Assembly: GCA_902596065.1 (NCBI GenBank)
Contig: CACJSL010000004.1
Coordinates: 1-61,920, forward strand
DNA length: 61,920 nucleotides
Source: an uncultured Alphaproteobacteria bacterium
Lineage (GTDB): Bacteria; Pseudomonadota; Alphaproteobacteria; HIMB59; GCA-002718135
Direction: 5' to 3'
Shown: positions 20,794 through 32,400 of the stretch, piece by piece
Layout of the letters: every line of letters starts with the position of its first letter
Position numbering within the stretch: position 1 is the stretch's first letter
Translations under genes and position numbers: made by a program
The notes under the pieces: generated by a model
The model's database searches: none
What the model saw: only the letters and a program-made list of their open reading frames with translations
What the model was told of the DNA's origin: nothing

Positions 20794-21246
20794 TTGATAA
20801 ACTCACTTAAAAATTTTTTTATAAGATCTAAAGAAAATATAGAATCAGAAATTTCTGATTTGAATATATTGTGTGGACTTATGATTGAGGCTGCCAATAT
20901 TGATGGAACTATTGATCAAAAGGAAATTGACAAAATATCTACTTTCTTAGTGGACTTATTGGAAGAAAAGAAAGAAGATGTTCAAAGAGAAATAGATAAA
21001 TGTATAAATGATCTTAATAATCATAAATCTTTACATTTTTTTACTTCTAAAATTAATAAAATCTATTCTGATGAAAATAAAATAGAATTAATAGAAATTT
21101 TATGGGAAATTATTCTTGCTGATGGAAAAGTTCATGATTATGAATCTAATCTTATTAGAAGACTCGCAGGGTTATTATATTTAAATGATTATGAATGTGG
21201 AAAAGCTAAGAAAAAAGTTTTATTAAAAATGGGAATTAATGAATAG
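20794..21246 (+). CDS. TerB family (tellurite resistance-like) protein
   Basis: LMIEAANIDG and LWEIILADGKVHDYESNLIRRLAGLL motifs. Confidence 0.85.
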   Translation: MINSLKNFFIRSKENIESEISDLNILCGLMIEAANIDGTIDQKEIDKISTFLVDLLEEKKEDVQREIDKCINDLNNHKSLHFFTSKINKIYSDENKIELIEILWEIILADGKVHDYESNLIRRLAGLLYLNDYECGKAKKKVLLKMGINE

Positions 21247-21255
21247 GTTTTAATC

Positions 21256-21588
21256 TTGACATACGTAGTTGATGAAAATTGTATTAAATGCAAGCATATG
21301 GACTGTGTAGAAGTATGCCCAGTGGATTGTTTTTACGAAGGTGAAAATATGCTTGTGATTCATCCTGATGAGTGTATTGACTGTGGAGTGTGTGAACCAG
21401 AATGTCCTATAGATGCCATACATCCAGATACGGAAGAAAATATGGAAAAATGGGCAGAAATTAACCGAACTTACTCTGAAAAATGGCCAGTAATTACTGA
21501 AAAAAAAGATCCTCCAAAAGATGCTAAAGAATGGGAAGGCGTAAAGAATAAATTTGAAGAACATTTTAGTGAAAAACCAGGAGAATAA
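21256..21588 (+). CDS. fdxA: 7Fe ferredoxin FdxA
   Basis: [18 protein letters not shown]...[12 protein letters not shown]; TTG start. Confidence 0.96.
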   Translation: MTYVVDENCIKCKHMDCVEVCPVDCFYEGENMLVIHPDECIDCGVCEPECPIDAIHPDTEENMEKWAEINRTYSEKWPVITEKKDPPKDAKEWEGVKNKFEEHFSEKPGE

Positions 21589-22092
21589 ATGAAATCTAAG
21601 AAAAATAAGGAATTTAAAATTGGAGAAATTGTAGTTTACCCTAAGCATGGAGTTGGAGAAATAATTAAAATAGAGTCCATGGAAGTTTCTAGCATAAAAA
21701 CAAAATTTTATGTTGTTAAAATGGAGCAGGGCAAACTAACAATTCGTGTTCCTTTAGATAAACAAAATGAAGTTGGATTAAGAAAAATTTCATCTAAAAA
21801 AATTATAGAAGAAGTATTTAATATTTTAAAATTGAAACCTAAAATACGCAGAATTATGTGGAGTAGGCGCGCGCAAGAATATGATACTAAAATATTTTCA
21901 GGAGATCCAATAAAAATAGGAGAGGTAGTAAGGGATTTATTCCGTAAAAGTAGTCAACCAGAGCAATCATATAGTGAAAGACAAATGTTCCAAGTTGCTT
22001 TAGAGCGATTAGCAAGAGAGGTTGCTGCAGTAGAGAAGACTGACTATTTTCAAGCTACTGAAAAAATAGAAACAACATTGTACAATAAGTAA
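21589..22092 (+). CDS. carD: CarD family transcriptional regulator
   Basis: VVYPKHGVG, MWSRRAQEY and EVVRDL motifs. Confidence 0.95.
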   Translation: MKSKKNKEFKIGEIVVYPKHGVGEIIKIESMEVSSIKTKFYVVKMEQGKLTIRVPLDKQNEVGLRKISSKKIIEEVFNILKLKPKIRRIMWSRRAQEYDTKIFSGDPIKIGEVVRDLFRKSSQPEQSYSERQMFQVALERLAREVAAVEKTDYFQATEKIETTLYNK

Positions 22093-22095
22093 TTA

Positions 22096-22908
22096 GTGAA
22101 AAAAAAAACAAATTTTATTGAAATTACAAAATCAAAAAAAATTTGGGCTATAGGCTCTATACATTCTAGAAATACTGCTTTTGAGTCTATCAAAAAATAC
22201 TTATTAAAAAAATTTGAAAAAAATGATGCATTAGTTTTTTTAGGAAATATTATAGGTCTAGGAACAGAGGCTAAAAAAACATTAAGCAGTGTTTTGGATC
22301 TTAGAAACGATCTTATGTCTAAGTTTTATTTAGATCCTGAGAAAATTATTTTTTTGCGAGGAGCACAAGAAGAAATGTTTCTAAAATTACTTCAATTGCA
22401 AACTGCTCCCAATCCAAATGATATTGTTAAATGGATGTTTGAACATGGTGTAGACGCTACAATTAAATCATATGGATTTAATAGAGAAGAATTATTACAA
22501 ATTTCTACCCAAGGTACCATGCCTATAAGCAAGTGGACTGCAAGATTAAACTCTTCTATTCTATCTCAGCCTGGGCATAATCAATATTTTATTAATTTAA
22601 AACATGCAGCTTATACAAGTACAAAAAAAATTTTATTTTTAAATAGAGGCGTTGATATTTCTCGCCCTCTATCAGCTCAGAGTGACTGTTTTTGGTGGGG
22701 TTATCAAAATTTTTCCAATTTAAATAATCCCTACAATACCTTTATTAGAATTGTAAGAGGCTATAAATCTTCTAATACTGAAGAAATAAAAGATGTTAAT
22801 AAAAGAATTGTTTGTTCATTGTTTAATCAACCTCTAGATAATCCTAACATTTTAGCAGGAATTTTTAATGATTCTGGTAAAATTCTTGATATATTTGAAT
22901 CACATTAA
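22096..22908 (+). CDS. Metallophosphoesterase-fold protein with degenerate active site
   Basis: WAIGSIHS, VFLGNIIG and FLRGAQEE align with the PPP motifs GDxHG, GDxVDRG and RGNHE. Confidence 0.7.
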   Translation: MKKKTNFIEITKSKKIWAIGSIHSRNTAFESIKKYLLKKFEKNDALVFLGNIIGLGTEAKKTLSSVLDLRNDLMSKFYLDPEKIIFLRGAQEEMFLKLLQLQTAPNPNDIVKWMFEHGVDATIKSYGFNREELLQISTQGTMPISKWTARLNSSILSQPGHNQYFINLKHAAYTSTKKILFLNRGVDISRPLSAQSDCFWWGYQNFSNLNNPYNTFIRIVRGYKSSNTEEIKDVNKRIVCSLFNQPLDNPNILAGIFNDSGKILDIFESH

Positions 22909-23006
22909 TTTTTTATTAAACACCATATTGTTATTAAGATATGGATTAATTAATTTAGCAATTTTCAATTGATAGAATTAAAAATTGTTTTAGTATAAAA
23001 AAATAA

Positions 23007-23543
23007 ATGTTTAAAAAATTATTAACTATTCTAATATTGTTTTTATTCCCTAAAATTGTTTATGCTGGGGGTTATGATATTTTTGGTTTTGGTTTATATG
23101 ATATAAAGTTTGATGGTAGCCAAACTAACGAAGCAGCAGATATAAGATATGAAAGAAGATTTGATAATGCTGTAGTTGAAATAGGTCCTGAAAGTGAAAA
23201 TTTTTTTTACCTTAAACCATTCGTTGGATTAGAAACCACATCAGACTCCGCAGTATATTTATTGGGTGGAATTTATTTAGAAGATAACCTGGGTACACTA
23301 TTTGTAGGTGATGATTCTAATTTTATATTTACTCCTAGTTTCGGAGTAGGATTTTATGATGATGGTGATGGGAAACAGCTTGGGAATGATATTCAATTTA
23401 GAACCACTTTTGAATTTAGTTATGAATTATCAAATAAAAATAGAATAGGCATATCTTTTGGACATATTTCTAATGCAAACTTAGGTGATAAAAATCCTGG
23501 AGCTGAAATATTATCACTTTCTTATCAAATTCCATTTGATTAA
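23007..23543 (+). CDS. Acyloxyacyl hydrolase / PagL-like outer-membrane beta-barrel
   Basis: Signal peptide, alternating beta pattern, GHISNANL...NPG and C-terminal YQIPF. Confidence 0.82.
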   Translation: MFKKLLTILILFLFPKIVYAGGYDIFGFGLYDIKFDGSQTNEAADIRYERRFDNAVVEIGPESENFFYLKPFVGLETTSDSAVYLLGGIYLEDNLGTLFVGDDSNFIFTPSFGVGFYDDGDGKQLGNDIQFRTTFEFSYELSNKNRIGISFGHISNANLGDKNPGAEILSLSYQIPFD

Positions 23544-24532
23544 ATTAATATTTCTTTTTTCTGTTTAATAAATTGTAAAAACAATGATTCCAATTCATCT
23601 AATTTATGATTTTTCATATTTTCATGAATATCAGTTTTAAATTTTTTACTATTAGGTATTCCAAAAAAAATCTGTAAAATTGGGCTCAATAATCTAAATA
23701 TTGATTCAGTATTAATTTTTGGTCTAATATAATTAAAGTATTCATTAATTATTTTTTCATTTATTGCCTTCTTTTCTGAATAGTTAAAAAAAATTTTATC
23801 AATCTTAGATAAACAAAAAGGATTGTTTTGAATTAATCTTCCAACCATTACCCCATCGTATTCATTAGAAAGCTTATAAGCATTTTCTAAATTTTTTATT
23901 CCTCCATTAAGAATAAATTGGATTTTTGGATGTTCCGCCTTAATTTTTTTTATAAAATCATAATTTAAAGGTGGAATGTTTCTATTGCCTTTAGGACTTA
24001 ACCCATTTAGAATTGCATTACGAGCATGCACGTATACTATTGAAATATCACTTTTAATAATTTCATTTATAAAGTCTGAAAAAAAATCATAGTTAAATTC
24101 TTTTCCAATTCCAATACGACATTTAACAGAAACTTCAATATCTGCCGCATTTTTCATTTGTTCTAAACAATTTCTGACTAAGGATTTTTTTTTCATTAAA
24201 CAGGCACCAAAACTTCCTTTTTGTACTGCCTTACTTGGGCAACCTACATTTAAATTTATTTCATCATAATTATAAGATTTAGCAATTTTGGAGCATTTTT
24301 TTAAATCATCAATTTCAGAACCTCCAACTTGTAAAGCAATAGGGTTATTAGAATCATTTTCTATAATTAAATCTCTATTTTTAGAATGTATCATTGTTTT
24401 TGTTGCTATCATTTCAGTAAATAAAAATGCTTCAGAAGAAAGCATACGATAAAGTCTACGAGCGTGAGGTGTAGTGTATCCCATCATTGGAGCTACACAA
24501 AAAATTCTTTTTTTTGATTTATTATTCATCAA
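23540..24532 (-). CDS. dusA: tRNA-dihydrouridine(20/20a) synthase
   Basis: CVAPMM, INLNVGCPS..VQ.G.FGACLM, VHARNA.L.GLSPK.NR.IPPL motifs. Confidence 0.92.
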   Translation of the reverse strand: MMNNKSKKRIFCVAPMMGYTTPHARRLYRMLSSEAFLFTEMIATKTMIHSKNRDLIIENDSNNPIALQVGGSEIDDLKKCSKIAKSYNYDEINLNVGCPSKAVQKGSFGACLMKKKSLVRNCLEQMKNAADIEVSVKCRIGIGKEFNYDFFSDFINEIIKSDISIVYVHARNAILNGLSPKGNRNIPPLNYDFIKKIKAEHPKIQFILNGGIKNLENAYKLSNEYDGVMVGRLIQNNPFCLSKIDKIFFNYSEKKAINEKIINEYFNYIRPKINTESIFRLLSPILQIFFGIPNSKKFKTDIHENMKNHKLDELESLFLQFIKQKKEILI

Positions 24533-24543
24533 TTGCTATTAAA

Positions 24544-25344
24544 CTACTTATAAACATTTTTTTTATTAGGAAATTTTTTTTGAATAACATCCAAACAATA
24601 TTTTTTTACAGATTTATTAATTTCTGATTCAAAATTGGCATATGATTTAACAAACTTAGGTTTTTTTTCTGAGCTTGATATTCCTAATATGTCATCTATT
24701 ACCAAAATTTGACCATCACAATCTTTAGAAGCACCTATACCAATAGTTGGAATTTTTAATTTTTTTGATATCTCTCTAGCTAGAGTTTCTTGCATACACT
24801 CAAGAACAATCAAACATGATCCAGCTTTTTCAAGATTTAAAGCTAATTTGATAATTTCCTCTTTTTCATTTGGTAGCTTACCTACTGTACGTATTTTATT
24901 AAAATTTTTGTATTTTTGAGGGGTTACACCAATATGAGATACTACTTTGATTTTGTTTTTGGTTAAATATTTTACTATTCCTATATTATTTTCATCACTT
25001 TCTATTTTGACTGATTGGCATTTAGTATAATTAATTATATTCTTAGCATTTGTTAACGCCTCTTTATTGTTATTATAAGTATTGAATGGCATATCAATAA
25101 TTGTATATGATTTTTTACAGTACTGAGAAACAGCTCGACCATGCTCCTTCATCATTTCCAACGAAACTTTTTGGGTATTTTTCATCCCATAAATCGTTGA
25201 ACCTAGAGAGTCACCTACCAAAACAATATCTACATAATTATCAATGATTTTAGCAACAGAAGAAGTATAAGCAGTCAAACATGTAATTTTCTTCCTGCCC
25301 TTTTGTCTTTGTATAGCTTTAATTGTTTTTTTAGTCATAAGCAA
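24544..25344 (-). CDS. panB: 3-methyl-2-oxobutanoate hydroxymethyltransferase
   Basis: CLTAY, LVGDSLG, DMPF, HIGVTPQ and PTIGIGA..CDGQILV motifs. Confidence 0.95.
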   Translation of the reverse strand: MLMTKKTIKAIQRQKGRKKITCLTAYTSSVAKIIDNYVDIVLVGDSLGSTIYGMKNTQKVSLEMMKEHGRAVSQYCKKSYTIIDMPFNTYNNNKEALTNAKNIINYTKCQSVKIESDENNIGIVKYLTKNKIKVVSHIGVTPQKYKNFNKIRTVGKLPNEKEEIIKLALNLEKAGSCLIVLECMQETLAREISKKLKIPTIGIGASKDCDGQILVIDDILGISSSEKKPKFVKSYANFESEINKSVKKYCLDVIQKKFPNKKNVYK

Positions 25345-25384
25345 TTTTCAAAATATTATATTTATAAACGAATTTTAAAAAATA

Positions 25385-26854
25385 TTAATTACTATTAATA
25401 AGTAAATTAATCTCTTTTTCTATTTGTTTAAAGGGGTCACCCCAATCATTTAGTTTTGATTGTCTAAATAATTTCATTGAAGGATACCATGGGGTTATTT
25501 TTTTATCTGACATCCATCGCCAATCAGGAATGAATTGTAGAAGCACCCAAACCTTACAACCCATTGATCCTGCTAAATGTGCTATTGATGTATCTACAGT
25601 AATTATTAAATCTAATTTAGTCATCAATACTGCTGTATCTAAAAAGGCCGCTTCTTTATCTAAATCAGTACCAAAATTAATTACTTTTATTTCTTCAGAA
25701 TTTGAGTGTAACTGTTCTGCCCCATCATTTTTTTGTAAGCTAAATAATTTAACATTTTTTATTTTGGAAATATTTTTAAAATATTTTATTGAAAACGATC
25801 TTCCTTCATCTTTTGAATATGAACTGCCTTGCCAACATATTCCAATATTAAAATTATCCTTGTTTAATTTATTTTTCCAAATTTTTTTTTTGATATTGGG
25901 CTTTTTAATATAGGGAATATTTTGAGGAATATTATTAATGTTTGTTTTAAAGGCATTAGGCAAACTAAGTAGAGGGCAGTGGCAATCAAAAAAGGGTAAT
26001 TTTTCTCCTTTTCGAACTATAGCAAAATTTCCTTTTAAGTATTTCATTAATTTTATAAGTGAGTCTTCAACTTCAAATATTATTTTAGCACCTAATTTTT
26101 CTACTAGCTCAATATATCTTGAAAACTGTATACTATCCCCTAACCCTTGCTCAGTATGAATTAAAATTATTTTTTTGTTTATGTTAAAATCTCCTAACCA
26201 CAAGGGTTTAGAAAAGCTTCTTTTTTCAGATGAAAAATCATTTTTTTTCCATCTCCATTCATAGTATTTCCAACCTTCATCTAAATCTCCTTTAAGCAAA
26301 AGGGTAATTGCTTTATTCCAATTCGGCTCTACTTCATTTGAATTAATTTCAATTGCTTTATTATAATTTGTAATTGCTTCATCTAGTTTTTTTAAGTTTT
26401 TAAGAGAGTTACCTTTGTTTATGTAGGCACCAAATAAATTAGAATTAATTTCTAGAGCTTTATCATAGTTAATTATTGATTCTTCAAAATTTTGTAATTT
26501 TTGTAAAGCATTTCCTTTGTTGTAGTATGCATCTACTAATTTAGGATTTAAGGATATTGCTCTATCATAATTATTAATTGCTTTTTTAAACTCATTTAAT
26601 TCAAAATGTGCATTGCCTTTATTACAATATAAACCTGCATGATTATCTTGAATATTAATAGCTTTATTAAAATATTTTAAACCTTCACTAAATTTTTCAT
26701 ATTGGCAGCAAAGTATCCCAAGTAAGTTGTGAGCTTCAAAATTATTTATATCTATATCAATGATTTTTTTATAAAATTTTTCAGCCTTTAAATTTTCATT
26801 TTTATTTTGGCAATCTTTAGCCTTTTCTAATAATTCTCTTATTGTATTATTCAT
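25385..26854 (-). CDS. TPR-repeat protein with glycosyltransferase family 9-like domain
   Basis: About five TPRs (YCNKGNA, YYNKGNA, YINKGNS), GWKYYEWRW, EQGLGDSIQF, ITVDTSIAHLAG and PWYPSMKLFRQ. Confidence 0.9.
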   Translation of the reverse strand: MNNTIRELLEKAKDCQNKNENLKAEKFYKKIIDIDINNFEAHNLLGILCCQYEKFSEGLKYFNKAINIQDNHAGLYCNKGNAHFELNEFKKAINNYDRAISLNPKLVDAYYNKGNALQKLQNFEESIINYDKALEINSNLFGAYINKGNSLKNLKKLDEAITNYNKAIEINSNEVEPNWNKAITLLLKGDLDEGWKYYEWRWKKNDFSSEKRSFSKPLWLGDFNINKKIILIHTEQGLGDSIQFSRYIELVEKLGAKIIFEVEDSLIKLMKYLKGNFAIVRKGEKLPFFDCHCPLLSLPNAFKTNINNIPQNIPYIKKPNIKKKIWKNKLNKDNFNIGICWQGSSYSKDEGRSFSIKYFKNISKIKNVKLFSLQKNDGAEQLHSNSEEIKVINFGTDLDKEAAFLDTAVLMTKLDLIITVDTSIAHLAGSMGCKVWVLLQFIPDWRWMSDKKITPWYPSMKLFRQSKLNDWGDPFKQIEKEINLLINSN

Positions 26855-27012
26855 TCTTTAAAAAAATCACCAAGCTTAATATTTTTTTATAAAATTATTT
26901 TAGCATTTTATTGAAGTTTAAAAACTAATAATTCAACAATAATTTGCATCCTCAACATAATTAAAGTAAAAATTACTATAGTTTTTATAATGTAGTTTAT
27001 TGTATATAGAAA

Positions 27013-27582
27013 ATGATCAAAATAAATCTAGGTTCTGGTGATAAAAGAATAGATGGATATGCTAATTTAGATAAGTTTGACACCTTTAATCCAGAGTATG
27101 TTCATGATTTAGAAACCTTTCCTTATCCTTTCAAAGATAACGAAGTATCTAATATTATGCTGTCTCATGTTCTAGAGCATATTGGACAAAATCCAGACAT
27201 TTTTAATCATATAATGAAAGAATTATATAGAATTTGTTGTCATGAAGCTGAAATAGATATTATAGTTCCACATCCAAGACATGATAATTATTTATCTGAT
27301 CCCACCCATGTAAGACCTATTACTGCTTTAGGATTAGAACTTTATGATTTAGAAAGTAATGCTCGCTGGATAAAAATTAATGCCGCGAATACCCCTTTAG
27401 CTATGATTCATAAGGTAAATTTTAAAATTATAAATACAGTACATTTTTTAGAAGAAAATTATGATAATTTATATAAAAAAAATAAAATTTCAAAAGAAGA
27501 CTTAGAATATCATATCAGACATTATAATAATGTTATAAAACAAACTCATTATAAGCTTAAAGTAATAAAAGAAAATGGTTAA
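27013..27582 (+). CDS. Class I SAM-dependent methyltransferase-like protein
   Basis: KINLGSG (motif I), SHVLEHI, ELYRIC and DPTHVR motifs. Confidence 0.8.
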   Translation: MIKINLGSGDKRIDGYANLDKFDTFNPEYVHDLETFPYPFKDNEVSNIMLSHVLEHIGQNPDIFNHIMKELYRICCHEAEIDIIVPHPRHDNYLSDPTHVRPITALGLELYDLESNARWIKINAANTPLAMIHKVNFKIINTVHFLEENYDNLYKKNKISKEDLEYHIRHYNNVIKQTHYKLKVIKENG

Positions 27583-28447
27583 AGAAAGTGACAATCGTGA
27601 TCTGAGTTTTTTGCCTATACAAAACTCTTCTCCAAAATTATTATCATTTGAAGATATTGAGAATTATAATTCTAGTGGTTTCATTTCACCTTTTAATGCC
27701 TTTTCTAAGAAAGAAATAAATGAGGTAAGAAAATCTGTAGATAACTTATTTCATAAACTTCAATCATATAAAGATGGTAGAGATAGTTATTCAATAAATT
27801 GCTATCAACATAAGTCAAAATCAATTTGGAAAATTATCAATAATACCAAAATATTAAATCACGTTGAGGATTTGATTGGTCCCAATATTATTTGTTGGGC
27901 GTCACATTTTTTTAATAAGCTTCCAAATGATAATAGGCCAGTTCCTTATCATCAAGATGCGAGTTATTGGTTAATGTCTCCGGCAAGAACAGTTACTGTT
28001 TGGTTGGCTATAGATGATACTGATTTAGAAAATGCTCCGATGGAGTTTCTCCCTGGTTCACATAAAGTAGGCCCATTACCGTGGAAAGTTACAGATAAAA
28101 AAAATCCTGTATTGAATCAAGAAATTACTGGTATTGAAAAATTTGGCAATCCTTATTTAAATGTTCTTAAAGCTGGAGATTTTTCTTTACATGCTGATAT
28201 GATTGCACATGGATCACTTCCAAATTTGTCTCATAGAAGAAGATGTGGCTTAACAATTAGATATTGTAATCCTGAATCAACAAACCCGCTACATCCCATG
28301 TATGCGGAAAAGGCTATACTTTGTAGAGGAATTAAACCAACTGGGAAGTGGAGTTCATGTAATATAAATATGCCTTTAGAAGATGATCTTGCAATTATAG
28401 AATCTAATCCAATAGTAGAATTGCCTAACCCACAATCTTTCCACTAA
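27575..28447 (+). CDS. Phytanoyl-CoA dioxygenase (PhyH) family Fe(II)/2OG dioxygenase
   Basis: YHQDASYW (HxD), TVWLAIDD..ENAPM.FLPGSH and HGS.PN.S.RRRCG motifs. Confidence 0.9.
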   Translation: MVKESDNRDLSFLPIQNSSPKLLSFEDIENYNSSGFISPFNAFSKKEINEVRKSVDNLFHKLQSYKDGRDSYSINCYQHKSKSIWKIINNTKILNHVEDLIGPNIICWASHFFNKLPNDNRPVPYHQDASYWLMSPARTVTVWLAIDDTDLENAPMEFLPGSHKVGPLPWKVTDKKNPVLNQEITGIEKFGNPYLNVLKAGDFSLHADMIAHGSLPNLSHRRRCGLTIRYCNPESTNPLHPMYAEKAILCRGIKPTGKWSSCNINMPLEDDLAIIESNPIVELPNPQSFH

Positions 28448-28456
28448 ATTCTTTTT

Positions 28457-29299
28457 ATGTCTCTCCAGGTCAAAAAACTTCATAAAAAATTTGGTGCAGA
28501 AATAATAAATTTTGATTTGTCAAAAAGTTTAAATAACAAATATTTCAAAGAAATTTTAAAAAATTTTAATGAATATGGAATTTTGCTTTTCAGGAATCAA
28601 AATCTATCTATTAAAAATCAAGTAATATTTGGAAGAAAATTTGGAAAAGTTTTAATTCATGCTGTCAATCAGAATCACGCCAAAGAACACCCAGAAATTT
28701 ATGTATTAAGTAACTTAGACAACAAAGGACAACCATCAGGAAAGCATCCTGATCAAGGTTCTTTATATTGGCATACTGATGGCTCATGGCGTAAAAATAC
28801 TGGGCAAGCAACTATAATGGTTGCAGATATAATTCCTTCAAAAGGTGGAGAAACCCATTTTTGTTGTATGGAAAATGCATATGATTCTTTAGGCGATAGC
28901 AATAAACAAAAAATAATTAATCTATTTGCTTATCACAATTTAGATTTTTCTAGAAATAGAAGACATGGCCATGATCCTTTATCCAAAAAACAAAAAAATA
29001 ATGCCCCACCTGTAATACATCCAGTTGTAAGAACTCATCCTAGCACTAAGAGAAAAAGCCTATTTCTTGGAGATCATGCAGAATATATTGAAGGTATGGA
29101 TTATTCAAAAGGGAGAAATTTTATTGAGCAATTAAACAAATTAGCAACCAAAACACAATTTATTTATAAGCATAAGTACAAAGAAGGTGATGTGTTGGTG
29201 TGGGATAATCGTAGATTACTCCATAAAGGCACAAAATATGATACTGCTAAAGAGAAAAGAGTTATGCGAAGAACTACAATTATTGGAGAAGCACCTTAA
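28457..29299 (+). CDS. TauD/TfdA family dioxygenase
   Basis: FGAEI, WHTDGSW, HPVVRTHP and WDNRRLLH motifs. Confidence 0.92.
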   Translation: MSLQVKKLHKKFGAEIINFDLSKSLNNKYFKEILKNFNEYGILLFRNQNLSIKNQVIFGRKFGKVLIHAVNQNHAKEHPEIYVLSNLDNKGQPSGKHPDQGSLYWHTDGSWRKNTGQATIMVADIIPSKGGETHFCCMENAYDSLGDSNKQKIINLFAYHNLDFSRNRRHGHDPLSKKQKNNAPPVIHPVVRTHPSTKRKSLFLGDHAEYIEGMDYSKGRNFIEQLNKLATKTQFIYKHKYKEGDVLVWDNRRLLHKGTKYDTAKEKRVMRRTTIIGEAP

Positions 29300-29439
29300 T
29301 AAAAGTAAAATTATCAATTCAAAAAAGTTTAAAAATGATATTTCTATGAATTTTACACTCAATTTTTGGTAAAAAAAGTATTGTATTCTTTACTTTTCGT
29401 TTATCATCATTTTTAATTAGTCTTATTTAATAACATTAT

Positions 29440-32400
29440 ATGAAAAATATCTTTTTAGCTTTTTTTTTATTTCTTTTTTTGCCATCGGCAAGTTTTGCTT
29501 TTTCTAAAAAAGAAGCAATTTACCAAGATGGTAGTCAATTACATGAATGGTCAATTAAAGCAGGCTATCATATATCTTGGATGGAATGTGCAACAGGAGG
29601 TAATGGATCAAAAGTTGCAAAAACTATTAAACAAGAAGTTGCCAAACTTTCTTGGCCAGACTTTAAGGTTTTAAATGTTGGCATAAACCTTAGCAGTAGT
29701 AATCCTCCTAAGTTTGTTGGTTTTTTTTGTAACTCAGGTGTTAATAAATTTGACATGGTTGAGGCTAAACTAAAAAATTATGTTACAGAATTAAAACTAC
29801 TTGTTTTGACAGATGGTAGTCAAACAACAGAAACCTCTAAAACTAACTCAGATGACAGCGGAATAATAGAAATAGCAGGCTCTTCCTATCCTTATTCAAG
29901 CAAAACACCTCTAATGGCTAAAGAATCTAAATATGCAGGTGAGGATCATGAGTGGCTAAGATTATGTGGAGGTGAGGCAGCTGAGAATGCAAGAGAGGTT
30001 GAAAAAAAAGTAAAACAACTATCTACTCCTGATTATAAAATATATCAAAAAGCAAAAAACAGAGAAAGGTCAAAAAATTATTCTCATTCTACTGGGTGTA
30101 CTGATAATGTTGGATGGGTTATTAGAGAAAATAATAATTTCATTAAGGCTCTTAAACGTAAAGTAGATAAAAAGCTCGGTCTTGTTAAAGAAAAAACTAG
30201 TGGGAAAGATGAAGTCGTACCAAAAATTGAAGCAAATAAAAAGTTTTTGTGGTGTTTAGATATTTCTGAGGAAAGGGGGTTTATCTATGTAAAATCATCT
30301 GTTTTAAAATCTTGCTATGAAAATCAAATAGAAATTACCAGAGCTCAATATAATAATTTAATAGCTAATAAAATAACAGCACAAGAAATAATTGATAGTC
30401 AAGATGACTCAACAGACCCAACACTATTAGATTTGAAAAAATTTGCTAATAGAAATTGTGATAATGTTCCAGCAGTTAATACTAATAAGGGCATCAAATG
30501 TTCAAATCAATTAGATGGAGCTACAATAATTAAACAAACTGAAACAGATTCAAAGCAAGTATTCGAGGATCAATCTGAAAATAACAAAGAACTTCAAGAG
30601 GCCCAACACTATATTAATGATCTTTTGAATTACATCAAAATAAACCCTAGCACTTTTGATATTATTGAAATCACTAAATTTATGATTGGTAATAAAAATA
30701 TTTTGAATGGTAGTTGGACTGATTTAGAACAGGAAGGCTTTAAGCTATTTAAAAATTATACTGAAGCTTCAAAGGATTTTTTAGATTTTCATAATAAACA
30801 AAATAATCTTCGTGAAGAAGAAGCAGCAAATAATTTGGTTACAGCTGAGAATGAATTAAAAAAACTCATTAATTATTTTACATACTTTTTACAAAATAAT
30901 TTAACCTCTGTTTTAGCACCTGATATTCTAGCAAATATTGATCTCGCTAGAGATACATTGTCTTCAAAAGAAATAAATAAGTTAAATAGTATAATTGAGA
31001 CATTAAATACTTTTATAAACGATAAAAATCTTATTTCTGATTACCAAGAATTTCAAAATGAGCAAATAGATGAAGTAGTTACTAAAAAAGAAACCAAAAA
31101 AGAAACCAAGAAAGTAGAAAAGAAAATTAATAATAATCTTATTACTTTAAAAGAAGACTTTAAAAGAGCGCAAAGTGCTCTTAATAAACTAGGATTTTAT
31201 GAAGGTGTAATTGATGGTCTTTTTGGAAGAGTTTCTCTTAAAGCTCTTAATGCATGGCAAGAAAAAACAGGCTTAACCATTACTACAACTATTTCATTTG
31301 ATCTACTAACTACTCTAGAAAATGCAGCAAATGATTTTGATCAAGTAATTGTTAAACAAGAAATTATTGAAGATATAGAAAAAACTGAAGCTGGTATCTT
31401 CAATGCAGAACAACAAGCAGCTCAACATTTTCTGAATGATTTTTTAATTTTTATTAAGGATAATCCTACATCTTTTGATATCATTGAAATTACAGAATTA
31501 ATTTCTGTTAATAAAAGTATTTTAGAAGGTCAATGGAATGAAGTTCAACAGAAAGATTTTATACAGTTTAAAAATTATGTTTCCATTTCAGATGAATTTT
31601 TAAAATTTCATTCAAAGCAAAATGATCAACGTCAAAAGGATATTTTAAATAAGATTGCTACTCAAAACACAAAGTTAAAAAATATAATTTCTTATTTAAA
31701 ATTTTATTTACAGAATAATATTACTTCGGATATTGCAACAATTGTTATTAAAAATATAAAATATGCTGAAAAATCTCTTGAGGATCAAAATCTTGGAGTA
31801 TTAACTAATGCTAATAATGAACTAGAAAAATTTATAAATAATCAAAATTTAACTGATGAATACAAAGCTCATGTTAGTTCATTATCTTCTCAAGATGAGT
31901 TAGTTGTAACTAGTACAATTAATGAAGTAGATTTACTCAGTTTTGACATTATCAAAAACGCTACTGACTCTGATTTTATTACTTTAGTTAATTTATCAGG
32001 TAAGGCTCCTAATGCTATTCTCAATTTAGAAGGAAAAGTTGTGTTTGAAAAGGACATTGCACTTTCATGTTTTTATCAATCTAAAACAATTAAAAATGAC
32101 TTAAAATATTATTTGTATGATAAGGTTGCGAATAAAAAGTTTTTAGCTTTTGATCAGGGTTTTGAATGTAATCAAAACAACTTATTAAATTATGATCTAA
32201 TCTTTTTTGAAAAAGATGCATTATTGCGTGAAGACAAAAGCTATGTAAGTTCTTTAGCGGCTGCTATAGCTTCTGATCATTTGCAATTATTTTCTATGAT
32301 ATCAAAAAAAGAATATGAAAAAGATTTTTTACAACGTGAAATGTTCGCAGAGCAAATATCAGAGGATGTATTAAATGAAACAAGATTAGGTTATGGTTCA

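Noticed and set aside
21250-21648. 132-aa minus-strand ORF
   Set aside because: Antisense shadow of fdxA/carD. The other antisense ORFs inside argG, folD, ccm, acnA, pgk, ffh, trmD and leu genes were rejected for the same reason.
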